Made by a program: the position numbers and the translations under genes. This document shows positions 21,636 through 31,523 of a stretch of DNA of 64,000 nucleotides, in pieces. Source of the DNA: a virus (lineage: Duplodnaviria > Heunggongvirae > Uroviricota > Caudoviricetes); the IMG/VR virus record IMGVR_UViG_3300047470_000520, one strand, 5' to 3'. Numbering within the stretch: the first letter of the stretch is position 1; every line of letters begins with the position of its first letter. The notes beneath the pieces were generated by a model that saw only the letters and a list, made by a program, of their open reading frames with translations, was not told where the DNA came from and ran no database searches.

Positions 21636-22510
21636 GTTTTTTGACAGAAGACGAGCTGATTGACAGCTTCGGCGGCGGATATTCCCCAGCTTTTGCCGAG
21701 ATCCCTGATCACCTTAAAACACAGAAGGTAGCGGCGGGCTGGTTCGGCTTCGTTGCTCATGATGATTTTTTAAAAATACATGAATATTGGCAGCAGATAC
21801 CCACGGATCTCGTGACGGACGCTCTGCGCCACACCGCCTTAGGCATGGACGCAGGTCTGATCAGGTACATGGACACTGGCGACACCGAACACTATTTGGC
21901 TTTGTTCGCCAGGGCGCATGCAACCAGCTTCAGGGTGACCAAGCTGCTGCCCACGGAGTTTAGAACCAGCCAAGCGGTTGAGGCCATGCTGGAATCTCCG
22001 AGCGAATTTGAACTCAGCTTCCTGACCAACCCCTGGGTCGCGCAGGTCATGACGGCAGAGCAAATGGAAACCGCTGCCAGGTTCAGTGCGAAAGTCATGG
22101 TTCGCTTGCCGGTCGACAAGATCAGTGAGAACTCCCTGTACATCCATTTGGTCGAAGGCGCCATGGGTTACCATTATCTGCGCGAAGTGAGAAAGCTTCG
22201 TCTCGCCGCTGATTTTTTGAAGTCCGGCCATTGGCCTCAGTTAGCCAGTTTTGTTGTGGGCTCTCAGGACAAGCCAAAGGATATTGCAGAAGCCGTGCGG
22301 CTGATTGATGAGCCTGAAAACGCCCTGATCCAGGCCCTCAACATGGCCTTCTTGATGACCTACCCTATTGATGACGTCATGGCGCTGATGACCACCCGAA
22401 AGCTCATCAAGCTGGCCATGGAAATGTACACCGACGACGAACTGCGACCACTGATGAAAACGAACAAGCTCTTAAAATCCCCGCTTCTTGAGGAAGCCCT
22501 TGGTTTATGA
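21632..22510 (+). CDS. LGL-tail family 1 protein (subfamily F)
   Basis: ATGA overlap. Tail KSPLLEEALGL. Confidence 0.85.
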   Translation: MSFLTEDELIDSFGGGYSPAFAEIPDHLKTQKVAAGWFGFVAHDDFLKIHEYWQQIPTDLVTDALRHTALGMDAGLIRYMDTGDTEHYLALFARAHATSFRVTKLLPTEFRTSQAVEAMLESPSEFELSFLTNPWVAQVMTAEQMETAARFSAKVMVRLPVDKISENSLYIHLVEGAMGYHYLREVRKLRLAADFLKSGHWPQLASFVVGSQDKPKDIAEAVRLIDEPENALIQALNMAFLMTYPIDDVMALMTTRKLIKLAMEMYTDDELRPLMKTNKLLKSPLLEEALGL

Positions 22511-23382
22511 ACGAGATCGATGAATCAAGGGATCTCGATGAAATCGTCAAGATCTACGGGTCTCACGGTCGGTTTTCGTTACTGCCAGATGACCTTCAGA
22601 CACAGCAGGGCGCCTATGACTGGCTCCGTGTTATGAATCATGAGGGGATCAGGGGCATCACCTATTACTGGATGCAAATTCCTGTCGAGCTGGTGACCGA
22701 CACGTTGCGGGGGCTGGCTATAGATCAGGAACCCTCGATCCTCAGCAGTATCGATCCAAAAGATACGCCAGCTTATGCAGAGCTTTGCCAGTTCGCGTAC
22801 GAATTAAGCACTTCTGCGGTGGATTACATTGATCAGGATTATCGCACCGAAGCAACGGTGGCCGCGATGATCAAAAAACCACGAAATTTCACATTCTGTT
22901 TTCTCAATTACGATTGGATCGCTGGCCTTATGACACCTCAGATGACTGAGGATGCCTCTCTTGCATGCCCCGAATTCATGTCCATGCTGCCGGTAAATCA
23001 GATCTCTCAAGCGGCATTGGACAAGCACCTTAGCACGGGGTATCTGGGCTACCGAGCATTGCAGGATGAGGGAAAGGTGCGCCTGGCTGCTGACTATCTG
23101 AGAAAAGGACATTGGCCGGCTCCAGAGGAAAATTCAGCCTTAATCATTGAAAAACCACAATCACTTGAGGAAGCGTTGAAGCGGATCTTCGACGAGGATG
23201 AATGGGATGAGCTCTACATCGCTTACGCGATGAGCTTTCCTCTCGAGGAAGTAGTGCCTTTGATGAACCATCGGCTCATTGAACTCGCGCTGCGGATGTA
23301 CACGGTCGAAGAGCTTCGACCACTCATGAAAACCAATCGCTACCTCAGTGGCGTGCTACTAGAGGATGCGTTGGGATTATGA
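22507..23382 (+). CDS. LGL-tail family 1 protein (subfamily F)
   Basis: ATGA overlap. Tail SGVLLEDALGL. Confidence 0.85.
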   Translation: MNEIDESRDLDEIVKIYGSHGRFSLLPDDLQTQQGAYDWLRVMNHEGIRGITYYWMQIPVELVTDTLRGLAIDQEPSILSSIDPKDTPAYAELCQFAYELSTSAVDYIDQDYRTEATVAAMIKKPRNFTFCFLNYDWIAGLMTPQMTEDASLACPEFMSMLPVNQISQAALDKHLSTGYLGYRALQDEGKVRLAADYLRKGHWPAPEENSALIIEKPQSLEEALKRIFDEDEWDELYIAYAMSFPLEEVVPLMNHRLIELALRMYTVEELRPLMKTNRYLSGVLLEDALGL

Positions 23383-24257
23383 ATTTTGAACACCGCCTGA
23401 AGGAATACAAAAAGAAGGCGTTTGCCTTGTTTCCGCACAAGGCCTTCGCTGACGTACCTGTAAAATACAGGACGCCAGAAGGCGCTTGCAGCTGGATGAG
23501 CACCCGGCTTTCCGGCTCGTTTACGCCGGTCAAGGAGCTGTTCAATGAAATCCCTGCGGAGCTGGTGAGTGACGATTTGCGGCAGATCGCTTTGATGAGG
23601 GATGCGCATTTCATCCAGAGCATTCATCCTGGGGATACAGATCAATACCTGGATCTGTTCATCACCGCCTACCTGAGAGGCGATAGCCTCATAAAGCCTC
23701 ATCCGGATTTTCAAACGCCCGAAACCGTAGAGCGGATGATGGCGTATTCCGGATCGTTTATCGGTAATTTCAACAAAAACCCATGGATCGCCGAGGTTAT
23801 GACGCCAGCACAGTGCGAAGTAGCGTCCGAACAAAACATTCAATTCATGGTGAAATTTCCAATGGAGCGGGTTAGCCAAAAAGCACTGGAGAACCACCTC
23901 AAGCATGGCTACGGAGGCTACAGCGCCTTACGAAAAGAGGGAAAGTTAAGGCTCGCCGCCCAATACCTGAAAACCGGAGCCTGGCCGACCTCAAGTGTTT
24001 TTGAGGATGACCAGCCAAAGCCACAAGACCTTCAGGATGCAATCAGGATCATGGTTCGGGGCGGGCCTGCAGTTTGCGCGGATCTTTACATGGCATGGGT
24101 CATGGCCCAACCAATAGAACAGGTCATTGCGCTGATGACAAGCCGGGTGCTGATTGATCTGGCCATCGAGATGTACAGCGAAAAAGAACTCAGGCCGTAC
24201 TTGAGCACGAACCGGCACCTGAAGGCTGCCTTGCTAGAGAGCACTCTGGGCCTATGA
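23379..24257 (+). CDS. LGL-tail family 1 protein (subfamily F)
   Basis: ATGA overlap. Tail KAALLESTLGL. Confidence 0.85.
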   Translation: MNFEHRLKEYKKKAFALFPHKAFADVPVKYRTPEGACSWMSTRLSGSFTPVKELFNEIPAELVSDDLRQIALMRDAHFIQSIHPGDTDQYLDLFITAYLRGDSLIKPHPDFQTPETVERMMAYSGSFIGNFNKNPWIAEVMTPAQCEVASEQNIQFMVKFPMERVSQKALENHLKHGYGGYSALRKEGKLRLAAQYLKTGAWPTSSVFEDDQPKPQDLQDAIRIMVRGGPAVCADLYMAWVMAQPIEQVIALMTSRVLIDLAIEMYSEKELRPYLSTNRHLKAALLESTLGL

Positions 24258-25246
24258 GCATTAAAGACATTGCCATCAAAGAGCTTGAGAGACAGAAGGC
24301 ATCAAGCGCAGATAGCGAAGCGATGCATGATCTCATTCGGAATATCTACGCCTATCGGGCCTACGAGGCCTTCTCAGACATCCCGGACAACATGAAAACC
24401 AAGGAGGGTGCCTACAATTGGTTGTTCATGAAGCGGCCAGTGTACCCATCGCCGTCGAACCCAACAGTGTACCCATCGCCGTCGAACCCAATGAGGGACT
24501 ACTTTCTTCAAATACCGCATGCGCTTGTTTTGGATAAAACGCGTGAAATTGCGGTGGGTGCTGACTCAAGGGTTTTGGCCGATATTGATCCAAATGACGT
24601 CAAGGATTACCTGGATCTCTTCCTCAAGGGCTATGGCAACAGCCATCTGGCCGCGACCTACCTTCATGAGGACTTCAGGACGGCAGAAGCCGTTGAAGCC
24701 ATGATCTCGGCTGGAATGCCTGAATATTTTTCGAAAAGCCATGCCGAGAACGCCTGGATGTCCCGCGTCATGACGCCTGAGCTTGTCGACAAGGCCTCCA
24801 TTGCCAGCCGATTTTTCATGGTGAGCCTTCCTGAGTCACAGATCACTGACGAAGCCCTGAAGTCCCATCTGGAGGTAGGCTATTCCGGGTATTTGCACCT
24901 GCGTGATGTTGGCCGGCTAAACCTGGCTGGGCGCTACATGAAGGCAGGCATTTGGCCTAGGCCATTGGAGATCCTTGGCGATGAATATCAATGTCCGCCC
25001 AGGGATATTGACCACGCTCTTGAGTTGGCAGTCGAGGATCGTCAGGATCATAGGAATAGGGCGTATCAGAGCTTGTACATGGCCTATGTATTGTCCCATC
25101 CTGTAGGTGAGGTGGCGCCCAAGCTGAAGGTCAGGGAGTACGTCTCTATGGCCTTGGAACTGTATTCGGAAGTGGAGCTCAGGCCTTTCATGAAAACCAA
25201 CCGGCACCTGAAGGCTGCCATGCTTGAGGAGTCGCTGGGATTATGA
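24254..25246 (+). CDS. LGL-tail family 1 protein (subfamily F, 330 aa with internal duplicated VYPSPSNP insert)
   Basis: ATGA overlap. Contains the tandem peptide PVYPSPSNPTVYPSPSNPM. Tail KAAMLEESLGL. Confidence 0.85.
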   Translation: MSIKDIAIKELERQKASSADSEAMHDLIRNIYAYRAYEAFSDIPDNMKTKEGAYNWLFMKRPVYPSPSNPTVYPSPSNPMRDYFLQIPHALVLDKTREIAVGADSRVLADIDPNDVKDYLDLFLKGYGNSHLAATYLHEDFRTAEAVEAMISAGMPEYFSKSHAENAWMSRVMTPELVDKASIASRFFMVSLPESQITDEALKSHLEVGYSGYLHLRDVGRLNLAGRYMKAGIWPRPLEILGDEYQCPPRDIDHALELAVEDRQDHRNRAYQSLYMAYVLSHPVGEVAPKLKVREYVSMALELYSEVELRPFMKTNRHLKAAMLEESLGL

Positions 25247-26118
25247 GTTTCGTCGAAGACATGCAGCCGTTTGATGACAAAACCTTTAGTTACTCGAAGT
25301 ACGCAGCCTTTGCTGATATTCCCGATGACTTGAAGACACCGCTTGGGGCTGGGCTTTGGCTGAAAGCCATGAAAACCACCGGGATCGGCAAATTTGTTGA
25401 TTACTTTGAACAGATCCCGAAAGCATTTCTGTCCCAGGGCCTGCTGAAATTTGTGGTTCAGTGGGATGTCAGGTTGCTCGCCAATATTAATCCCAGTGAC
25501 AGTCCTGATTATGCCGAGCTGTGCCTCGCGGCTTACACGAGAGGCCACCTGGCGGCTAACTATTTTCACGAAGACTTTCGGACGGCGCAGACCGTCGCGT
25601 CATTGATAGGGTCAACCATTGATGCAGCGTTTGCAGATGTGCCCTGGATCAGAGAGGTCATCACACCGGATCTGATCGAAGCTGCCGCACTCGAGAACCT
25701 GTACTTCATGGCAGGTTTGCCAGATGAGCAGATCAGTGAGGCCGCTTTGAACAAGCATCTCGCTTGGGATGCTCACTTCGAGGCCCTCAGGGACACCGGT
25801 AAATTGCACCTTGCGGCTAAACATCTAAAAACAGGGGCCTGGCCAGAGCCTCTGGCGAAAAGTGATGCCAGGCAACCCAAGCCAAGAACCCTTGAGAGTG
25901 CGTTCAATCATATGCTCTCAAAGGAAATGAAGAGCCGTCAGGCGCTGTACATGGCGAATTTGATGACCTACCCCATCGAGGAGGTCATGCCGTTGATACA
26001 GACGCGCCAGCACGTCGCCATGGCGTTGGAGATGTATTCAGCAGAAGAGTTGAAACCCTTCATGAAAGGAAACCGGCACCTGAAGGCGGCCATGCTTGAG
26101 GAGTCGTTGGGTTTATGA
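25243..26118 (+). CDS. LGL-tail family 1 protein (subfamily F)
   Basis: ATGA overlap. Tail KAAMLEESLGL. Confidence 0.85.
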   Translation: MSFVEDMQPFDDKTFSYSKYAAFADIPDDLKTPLGAGLWLKAMKTTGIGKFVDYFEQIPKAFLSQGLLKFVVQWDVRLLANINPSDSPDYAELCLAAYTRGHLAANYFHEDFRTAQTVASLIGSTIDAAFADVPWIREVITPDLIEAAALENLYFMAGLPDEQISEAALNKHLAWDAHFEALRDTGKLHLAAKHLKTGAWPEPLAKSDARQPKPRTLESAFNHMLSKEMKSRQALYMANLMTYPIEEVMPLIQTRQHVAMALEMYSAEELKPFMKGNRHLKAAMLEESLGL

Positions 26119-26987
26119 ATATCAATGTAAGTGGTGACAATTTCTACAAGGTTTATGACCGTTTCGATAAGCTTCCAGAGCATTGCAAAAATGAGTTTGG
26201 AGCCTCCAGGTGGTTTAAAGCATTGGCGACTGACGGAACCGATCCAGCTTTTGCGTGTGATTGCTTTCAGCAAATACCGCTAAATCTTATGACCGACGAA
26301 CTCAGAAAATTTGCGGTTTACGAATTCGTTCGTGTGCTGTCCTTGATTGATCCAGGTGATACGCCCGCCTACAAGTCGATTTGCCTGATTGCCTACCGCT
26401 CTAGCTACAAGGCTGCGCAGTTTTTCAAGGCCGAGGTACATACGGCAGAGGTGGTCGAGCTGATGATCCGGGATTACAACGGGTCGTTCCTCAATGCTTA
26501 TCGGTCATTCCCATGGATCGCTGAATTGATGACGCCCGCCCTGATCGAAACGGCGTGTCTTAACAGTGTCACGTTCATGCTGTCACTGCCGGATGATCAG
26601 ATGAGTCAAACCGCGCTGAATAAGCACCTCGGGGAGGGCCCTTCAACGTATTCAGAATTGAAAAGGGCTGGAAAGCTGCGCATTGGCGTTGATTTTTTGA
26701 AAAGCGGTCGCTGGCCTGAATCGGACGGGCCATTCGATGACGATGTACAAAAACCTGAAAGCCTGCTTGAGGCATTCTCCTTGCTGCTGGGTGGTGGAGA
26801 CATTCCTCGTGCTCTGTACATGGCGTACGTCATGACTTATGACATTGAGGATGTCATGGCCATGGTGGTGACCCCGTCGTGCGCAAAACTGGTTGTTGAG
26901 ATGTATGAGGAAAAGGAGCTTCGCCCGCACATCAGGAGCAACCGGCACTTGAAAGCGGCTATGCTTGAGACTTCATTGGGACTTTAA
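26115..26987 (+). CDS. LGL-tail family 1 protein (subfamily F)
   Basis: ATGA overlap. Tail KAAMLETSLGL. Confidence 0.85.
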   Translation: MNINVSGDNFYKVYDRFDKLPEHCKNEFGASRWFKALATDGTDPAFACDCFQQIPLNLMTDELRKFAVYEFVRVLSLIDPGDTPAYKSICLIAYRSSYKAAQFFKAEVHTAEVVELMIRDYNGSFLNAYRSFPWIAELMTPALIETACLNSVTFMLSLPDDQMSQTALNKHLGEGPSTYSELKRAGKLRIGVDFLKSGRWPESDGPFDDDVQKPESLLEAFSLLLGGGDIPRALYMAYVMTYDIEDVMAMVVTPSCAKLVVEMYEEKELRPHIRSNRHLKAAMLETSLGL

Positions 26988-27044
26988 GGCGCCCTGCGAC
27001 TTACGAATTGGCTGAAGCACCGGCACTGGCAATGGGAAACTTAA

Positions 27045-27500
27045 ATGATGACGTCTCTGGAACATTTTCTGACGCGCCCGTTAGAGGAGGTGTCGGATGA
27101 AGATTTGCGTCGAAGCTGCCTTTCCTTTGGCACTCAAGGCTATCAGGAGGCGAGGAAGGCTGGCCGGCTCGACCTGATCGCGAAACTGTTTAAAACAGGA
27201 TTCTGGCCGACCATTTTTCATGTTTCAGATCCCTTTAATCCACATTGGGAGGCAGTGAAAAAACCAAAGAGCCTTCAGCACGCTTTTTATCTGCTGCTGG
27301 AGCCGTGTGATGCCGATAGCTGCCCGCTTTTCATGGCCTATGTCATGACTTATGACATGAATGATGTCATGGCCTTGGTGGTGGGTTCGGCGCCAGCAAG
27401 GGTGGTGGTCACGATCTACAATGAAAAAGATCTTCATCCGTATATTTCCACCAATCGACACCTGAAAGCGGCTTTGCTTGAGAGCACGATGGGCCTATGA
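27045..27500 (+). CDS. LGL-tail family 1 protein, N-terminally truncated (151 aa; possibly pseudogene)
   Basis: Aligns only to the C-terminal half of its neighbours (GRLDLIAKLFKTGFWP...MAYVMTYDMNDVMALVV). It is preceded by a scrambled copy of the tail-coding sequence. Tail KAALLESTMGL is intact. Confidence 0.65.
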   Translation: MMTSLEHFLTRPLEEVSDEDLRRSCLSFGTQGYQEARKAGRLDLIAKLFKTGFWPTIFHVSDPFNPHWEAVKKPKSLQHAFYLLLEPCDADSCPLFMAYVMTYDMNDVMALVVGSAPARVVVTIYNEKDLHPYISTNRHLKAALLESTMGL

Positions 27501-28369
27501 CGAACGATTTGGATGAAACCAGTTTGTTTTACAAGCGTTTTAAAAGATTCGATGATCTTCCTGCACACCACAAGAACCTATATGGGGCATTTCAGTGGAT
27601 AAAGGCGATGGTATCGTCGTCAGGTCGGGCCTTTTCCCCTCATTATTTACAGCAAATTCCGCAGCGGTTCGTTACTGACGCCCTCCGGAAATATGCCATT
27701 TCCTGCGATGTTCGTTCGCTCGAATTGATTGATCCAGAGGACACTGAGCAATACACCCAATTGTGCCTGCTTGGTTACCACACTCACTTCAATGCGGTGA
27801 GGTATTTCCATGAGGTGGCATGCACGCAAGAGACTGTTGAGGCGATGCTGGACGAGCCCAGCAATTTCTCTCGCAGCCACCAAGAATTTCCCTGGATCGC
27901 TCAAGTGATGACCCCGGCGATGATTGAGAGGGCGTCCATGGCCAGCCTGGACTTCATGCTGACATTGCCTGATGCTCAAATCAGTGGTGCTGCGCTACAG
28001 AAGTACCTTGCCCCAGATTACTTTTCCTATACCGCCCTGAGAGCCTTTGGAAAGTTGCGTCTTGCCGCGAATTATTTGAGGGAAGGGTCATGGCCAGAAA
28101 ACTACTCATCGGTTGGAACGTCACGGGCCAAACCAAGCACTATTGAGGAGGCGTTTACGTTCATCTTCAATGAGGATTTACACGTTTTTGTGGCGTTGTA
28201 TATGGCCTATGTCATGACTCATCCAACAGAGGATGTCATTGAGCATGTGGTGAGCCAGGCGCACGCCAAGCTGGTTATGGAGATGTACGGCGAAGATCAG
28301 ATCCGCCCGCACTTCACGAAAAACCAACACCTGAAAGCGGCATTGCTCGAGGAGTCCCTGGGCCTATGA
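27497..28369 (+). CDS. LGL-tail family 1 protein (subfamily F)
   Basis: ATGA overlap. Tail KAALLEESLGL. Confidence 0.85.
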   Translation: MTNDLDETSLFYKRFKRFDDLPAHHKNLYGAFQWIKAMVSSSGRAFSPHYLQQIPQRFVTDALRKYAISCDVRSLELIDPEDTEQYTQLCLLGYHTHFNAVRYFHEVACTQETVEAMLDEPSNFSRSHQEFPWIAQVMTPAMIERASMASLDFMLTLPDAQISGAALQKYLAPDYFSYTALRAFGKLRLAANYLREGSWPENYSSVGTSRAKPSTIEEAFTFIFNEDLHVFVALYMAYVMTHPTEDVIEHVVSQAHAKLVMEMYGEDQIRPHFTKNQHLKAALLEESLGL

Positions 28370-29154
28370 AATTTCTGCGCGCAGGGTGGGACACTGAAAA
28401 TCAAGTAGATCCAGCGGTCATTCTTTCCTTTTTTTACAATCGGCCAGTGGCTGAGGTGACAGATGAGATGCGCAAGTCTGCGATCTCACTCGATTACCGC
28501 GCACTGGGGCACATCGAACCAAAGGATACGGCTGATTACTTGGCCTTGTTCAGGTTTGCTTTTGCTAACAATCCTCGGGCCATCGATTGTCTTCATGATG
28601 ACTTCAAGACGTCTGAGACTGTCGAGGTGATGATGCCTTCCAGGCAGCATTTTCATGTTGCCTACATGGAGAGTGCCTGGATTGCTGAGGTGATGACGCC
28701 GGCCCAAATTGATCAGGCATGCCTGATCGATTTTTCAATACTGCTCTGCCAACCAGATCATCTGATTACTGAGGCCGTGCTGAAAAGCCATCTCGAGAAG
28801 GGGTATTTCAAGTACATGAGGTTGCGCCTCGAGGGACGGCTTCGCCTTGCCGCGACCTTTATGCAGACAGGCGCTTGGCCACAAAACGCAGGCTCGCTTG
28901 AGCCGATTCAAGACCGTCCTAACAGCATCGAGCACGCGTTGGCATTGTGCCTGGCCGATGAGGAACAGATATATGTGGCGACCTACATGGCCTGGATGAT
29001 GATCCAGCCCATCGAAGACGTGGTTGCCAGGATTACTTGTCGCGAACACGCGGTATTGGCCCTAGAGATGTTCAGCGCGGATCAGCTCCTTGCGCTAGCC
29101 GGCAGCAATCGACACCTGAAAGCTGCTTTGCTTGAGGCTTCGCTCGGTCTGTAG
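28366..29154 (+). CDS. LGL-tail family 1 protein (subfamily F, shorter 262 aa)
   Basis: ATGA overlap. The N-terminus is about 30 aa shorter than neighbouring genes. Tail KAALLEASLGL. Confidence 0.8.
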   Translation: MKFLRAGWDTENQVDPAVILSFFYNRPVAEVTDEMRKSAISLDYRALGHIEPKDTADYLALFRFAFANNPRAIDCLHDDFKTSETVEVMMPSRQHFHVAYMESAWIAEVMTPAQIDQACLIDFSILLCQPDHLITEAVLKSHLEKGYFKYMRLRLEGRLRLAATFMQTGAWPQNAGSLEPIQDRPNSIEHALALCLADEEQIYVATYMAWMMIQPIEDVVARITCREHAVLALEMFSADQLLALAGSNRHLKAALLEASLGL

Positions 29155-29202
29155 AATAGGGTAAGGCTCCTGAAAAATGAGCTTTGGCACCGACACTGGA
29201 AG

Positions 29203-30123
29203 ATGCAAGAAATGATGCTTTTCGTTTATGAGTTCGAAGAAGATTATCAGGAAGGCGTCAAGCCATTCGAGCGATATCCAGAGTTTGCGGACGTCCCCGA
29301 AAAAACGTCTGAGAATGCACTGAATTGGTTGATGGCAATCCACGCTACCAGGCAAAAAACACTGCAAGAGCAGTTTGAGCAGATCCCTGTCGAGTTATGG
29401 ACGCCAAAATTGCTTCACTTTGCCGTGACGTATGAGCCAACCATTTTAAAGCTGATTCAGCCAAAGCATGCCCCCAATTATCAATCACTGTGCGTCCTCG
29501 CTTCCCGCAAAGATTATCGAATGGCAGGGGAGTTTCATGAGGACTTTCGCACGCCAGAAACCATTGAGCGGATGTTGGATGAAAGGAAGGACTTTCACCT
29601 CAGCTATCAACAGTTTCCCTGGATTGCCGACGCCATGAACCCGGAGCTCATGGAGAAAGCCACCAGGAGTTCGCTGGCGTTCTTGTTCACTCTCCCTTCA
29701 GCGCTGGTTTCTGACGCCGCTTTGAAAATCCGTTTTGGTGCTGGACTCGACTGTCATTTTCTAGCGCGACGAGCAGGGCGACTGGATCTTCCCGCCAGAC
29801 TTCTGCGTAATGGAGAGTGGCCCAGAGTCGCTGATCCTGCGTGCGCTAGGGAGGAGGACGTAAGTTTAATCAGGTTTGTTGAGCGGCCAGAGAGCCTGCG
29901 GTGTGCCCTGGATCTGATCCTGGAGGGCGATGATCGCGGGTTGCGTCCATTGTACATGGCCTACGTCATGTCCCATCCACTCGACGACGTCATCGCCCAT
30001 ATCAATCACCGAAAATACATCCCATACATCATCGAGATGTACAAAGACGAAGAGATTCGTCCCTATATCAATACCAACCGGTACTTGAAGGCTGGGTTGC
30101 TGGAGAGCGCGTTGGGTCTTTGA
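29203..30123 (+). CDS. LGL-tail family 1 protein (subfamily F, last gene of array)
   Basis: Tail KAGLLESALGL. Followed by a hairpin terminator. Confidence 0.85.
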   Translation: MQEMMLFVYEFEEDYQEGVKPFERYPEFADVPEKTSENALNWLMAIHATRQKTLQEQFEQIPVELWTPKLLHFAVTYEPTILKLIQPKHAPNYQSLCVLASRKDYRMAGEFHEDFRTPETIERMLDERKDFHLSYQQFPWIADAMNPELMEKATRSSLAFLFTLPSALVSDAALKIRFGAGLDCHFLARRAGRLDLPARLLRNGEWPRVADPACAREEDVSLIRFVERPESLRCALDLILEGDDRGLRPLYMAYVMSHPLDDVIAHINHRKYIPYIIEMYKDEEIRPYINTNRYLKAGLLESALGL

Positions 30124-30129
30124 TTAGCC

Positions 30130-30160
30130 ATTAAAAAAGCCTCCAGGGGAGGCTTCGTTG
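30130..30160. terminator. Bidirectional rho-independent terminator
   Basis: Hairpin AAGCCTCC-agg-GGAGGCTT flanked by an A-run on the 5' side and a T-rich run on the 3' side. It sits between the convergent gene ends 30123 (+) and 30177 (-). Confidence 0.7.
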
Positions 30161-30176
30161 TGCAGCGGCCTGCGCA

Positions 30177-31523
30177 TCAGTGCACCAAATCAGAGCCTTC
30201 ATGCGTCTTGCTGACGGGTTTTTTTGTAATCTTTTCCATCAGGTCGTCATCCATGAAGGTCGACAGGGAGTCCGACTTCGACAGGTCGATCACAGCCCTT
30301 AATATCGGGCTTGCTGCGGCCTGCTTGGTCTTCTCGTTGGCGAGCACTTCCTCGTAGGCTTCCTTGAACGCAATCTGCATTGGGTTGGACTGGAAGTCTT
30401 TCTGGTTCAGATACCTCTGACCTTCCGAGTTAACACCGGCTGCCTCGAAGCCATAACCAGGCCCGCTCATGACCATGATCGATGAGTGAGGATGCATTTG
30501 CGAAGCGTGGAAGGCTTGTGCGGCCTCTTTAGCATCGAAGTACTTGGTCGCGTCACCAATGATCTCGTACCAAGGCCCGTTCAGCTTTGCCTCATGATCC
30601 AGGATGTCCTGATAAGCCTTTTGAAAGGCCTTGGTCATGTCATGATCCTGGAAGTCCAGCTTGTTTAGGTATGCGTCACCTTGGCTGTTAACGCCGGCCA
30701 CTTGATGCCCGTAGCCGATGCCTTTCATGACCATGACTTCAGAGTGCGGGTTTTTCGGGCCTTTATGGAACGCCATCGCTGCTTGCTGTGCGTCGTAGTA
30801 CTTGGTGCTGTCGCCGGGCACAGAAAAGTACGCCGGCTCTGCTGGCTTAACCACTTCAGGTGCTGCAATGACCGGAGGAACGACAACGGGCGCGACAACC
30901 TGTGGTTCAACCGCCTGCGCAACAGCCTCAGGCGCGACGACCTGAGGTTTAGGCTCATTGACCGGGCGAGGGCCGCGAGTCGCAACAAGACCCTCCCAGG
31001 CGCTCTGGAAAGCCTTGGTCATCGGGTCGCTCTGGAAGTCGAGCTTATTGAGGAATGCTTGGCCGTTGGCGTTGTTGCCCGCCACCTCGTGCCCATAGCC
31101 GACGCCTTTCATGACCATGGCCTGGTTCGAAGGTGAGCTGCCTGCGTCATAAAAAGCCTCAGCTGCTAGCTGGGCATCATAAAACTTGTTGCCAAAGCCA
31201 TTCACGGCGTAATAAGGCTTCTCAGCTGGCGCGGCCACTTCAGGTGCTGCACTAGGGGCAGGTATCTGTCGGTAGGCACTTTGAAACGCCTGCGTCATCG
31301 CACTCGACTGGAAATCAATGGTGTTCAGATAGGTGTCGCCGTTGGCGTTAACCCCAGCCACTTCATGTCCGATACCCGGAGCGGTCATCACCATGACCAT
31401 CGTTTGGTTCGGTCGCTTTATGGCCTTATGAAAGGCTTTAACGGCTTCCTGAGCATCTCTATAGATGGAGTCATCGTCTGGAGTCACGACGAAATATGGG
31501 TAATTGCGATTTTCGTTAATCAC
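30177..31523 (-). CDS. Tetra-repeat protein (4 x ~100-aa repeats joined by Pro/Ala/Val-rich linkers), unknown function
   Basis: Four internal repeats: YY..D.(Q/K)(E/A)A..AFH....P....MVM.G.GYGHEVAGVNANG..YLN..DFQS..MT.AFQ.AY. No signal peptide. No LGL tail. Confidence 0.75.
   Translation of the reverse strand: MINENRNYPYFVVTPDDDSIYRDAQEAVKAFHKAIKRPNQTMVMVMTAPGIGHEVAGVNANGDTYLNTIDFQSSAMTQAFQSAYRQIPAPSAAPEVAAPAEKPYYAVNGFGNKFYDAQLAAEAFYDAGSSPSNQAMVMKGVGYGHEVAGNNANGQAFLNKLDFQSDPMTKAFQSAWEGLVATRGPRPVNEPKPQVVAPEAVAQAVEPQVVAPVVVPPVIAAPEVVKPAEPAYFSVPGDSTKYYDAQQAAMAFHKGPKNPHSEVMVMKGIGYGHQVAGVNSQGDAYLNKLDFQDHDMTKAFQKAYQDILDHEAKLNGPWYEIIGDATKYFDAKEAAQAFHASQMHPHSSIMVMSGPGYGFEAAGVNSEGQRYLNQKDFQSNPMQIAFKEAYEEVLANEKTKQAAASPILRAVIDLSKSDSLSTFMDDDLMEKITKKPVSKTHEGSDLVH

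Noticed and set aside
27015-27034. TGGCAC...CTGG motifs that resemble sigma54 -24/-12 boxes (also at 29180-29196)
   Set aside because: Spacing between the GG and GC elements is wrong for sigma54. The sequences align to the tail-coding region (aaccggcacctgaa...), so they are better explained as decayed gene-end fragments.
30681-31136. 151-aa plus-strand ORF
   Set aside because: It is antisense to the tetra-repeat protein gene. Arg-rich low-complexity translation is typical of a shadow frame.
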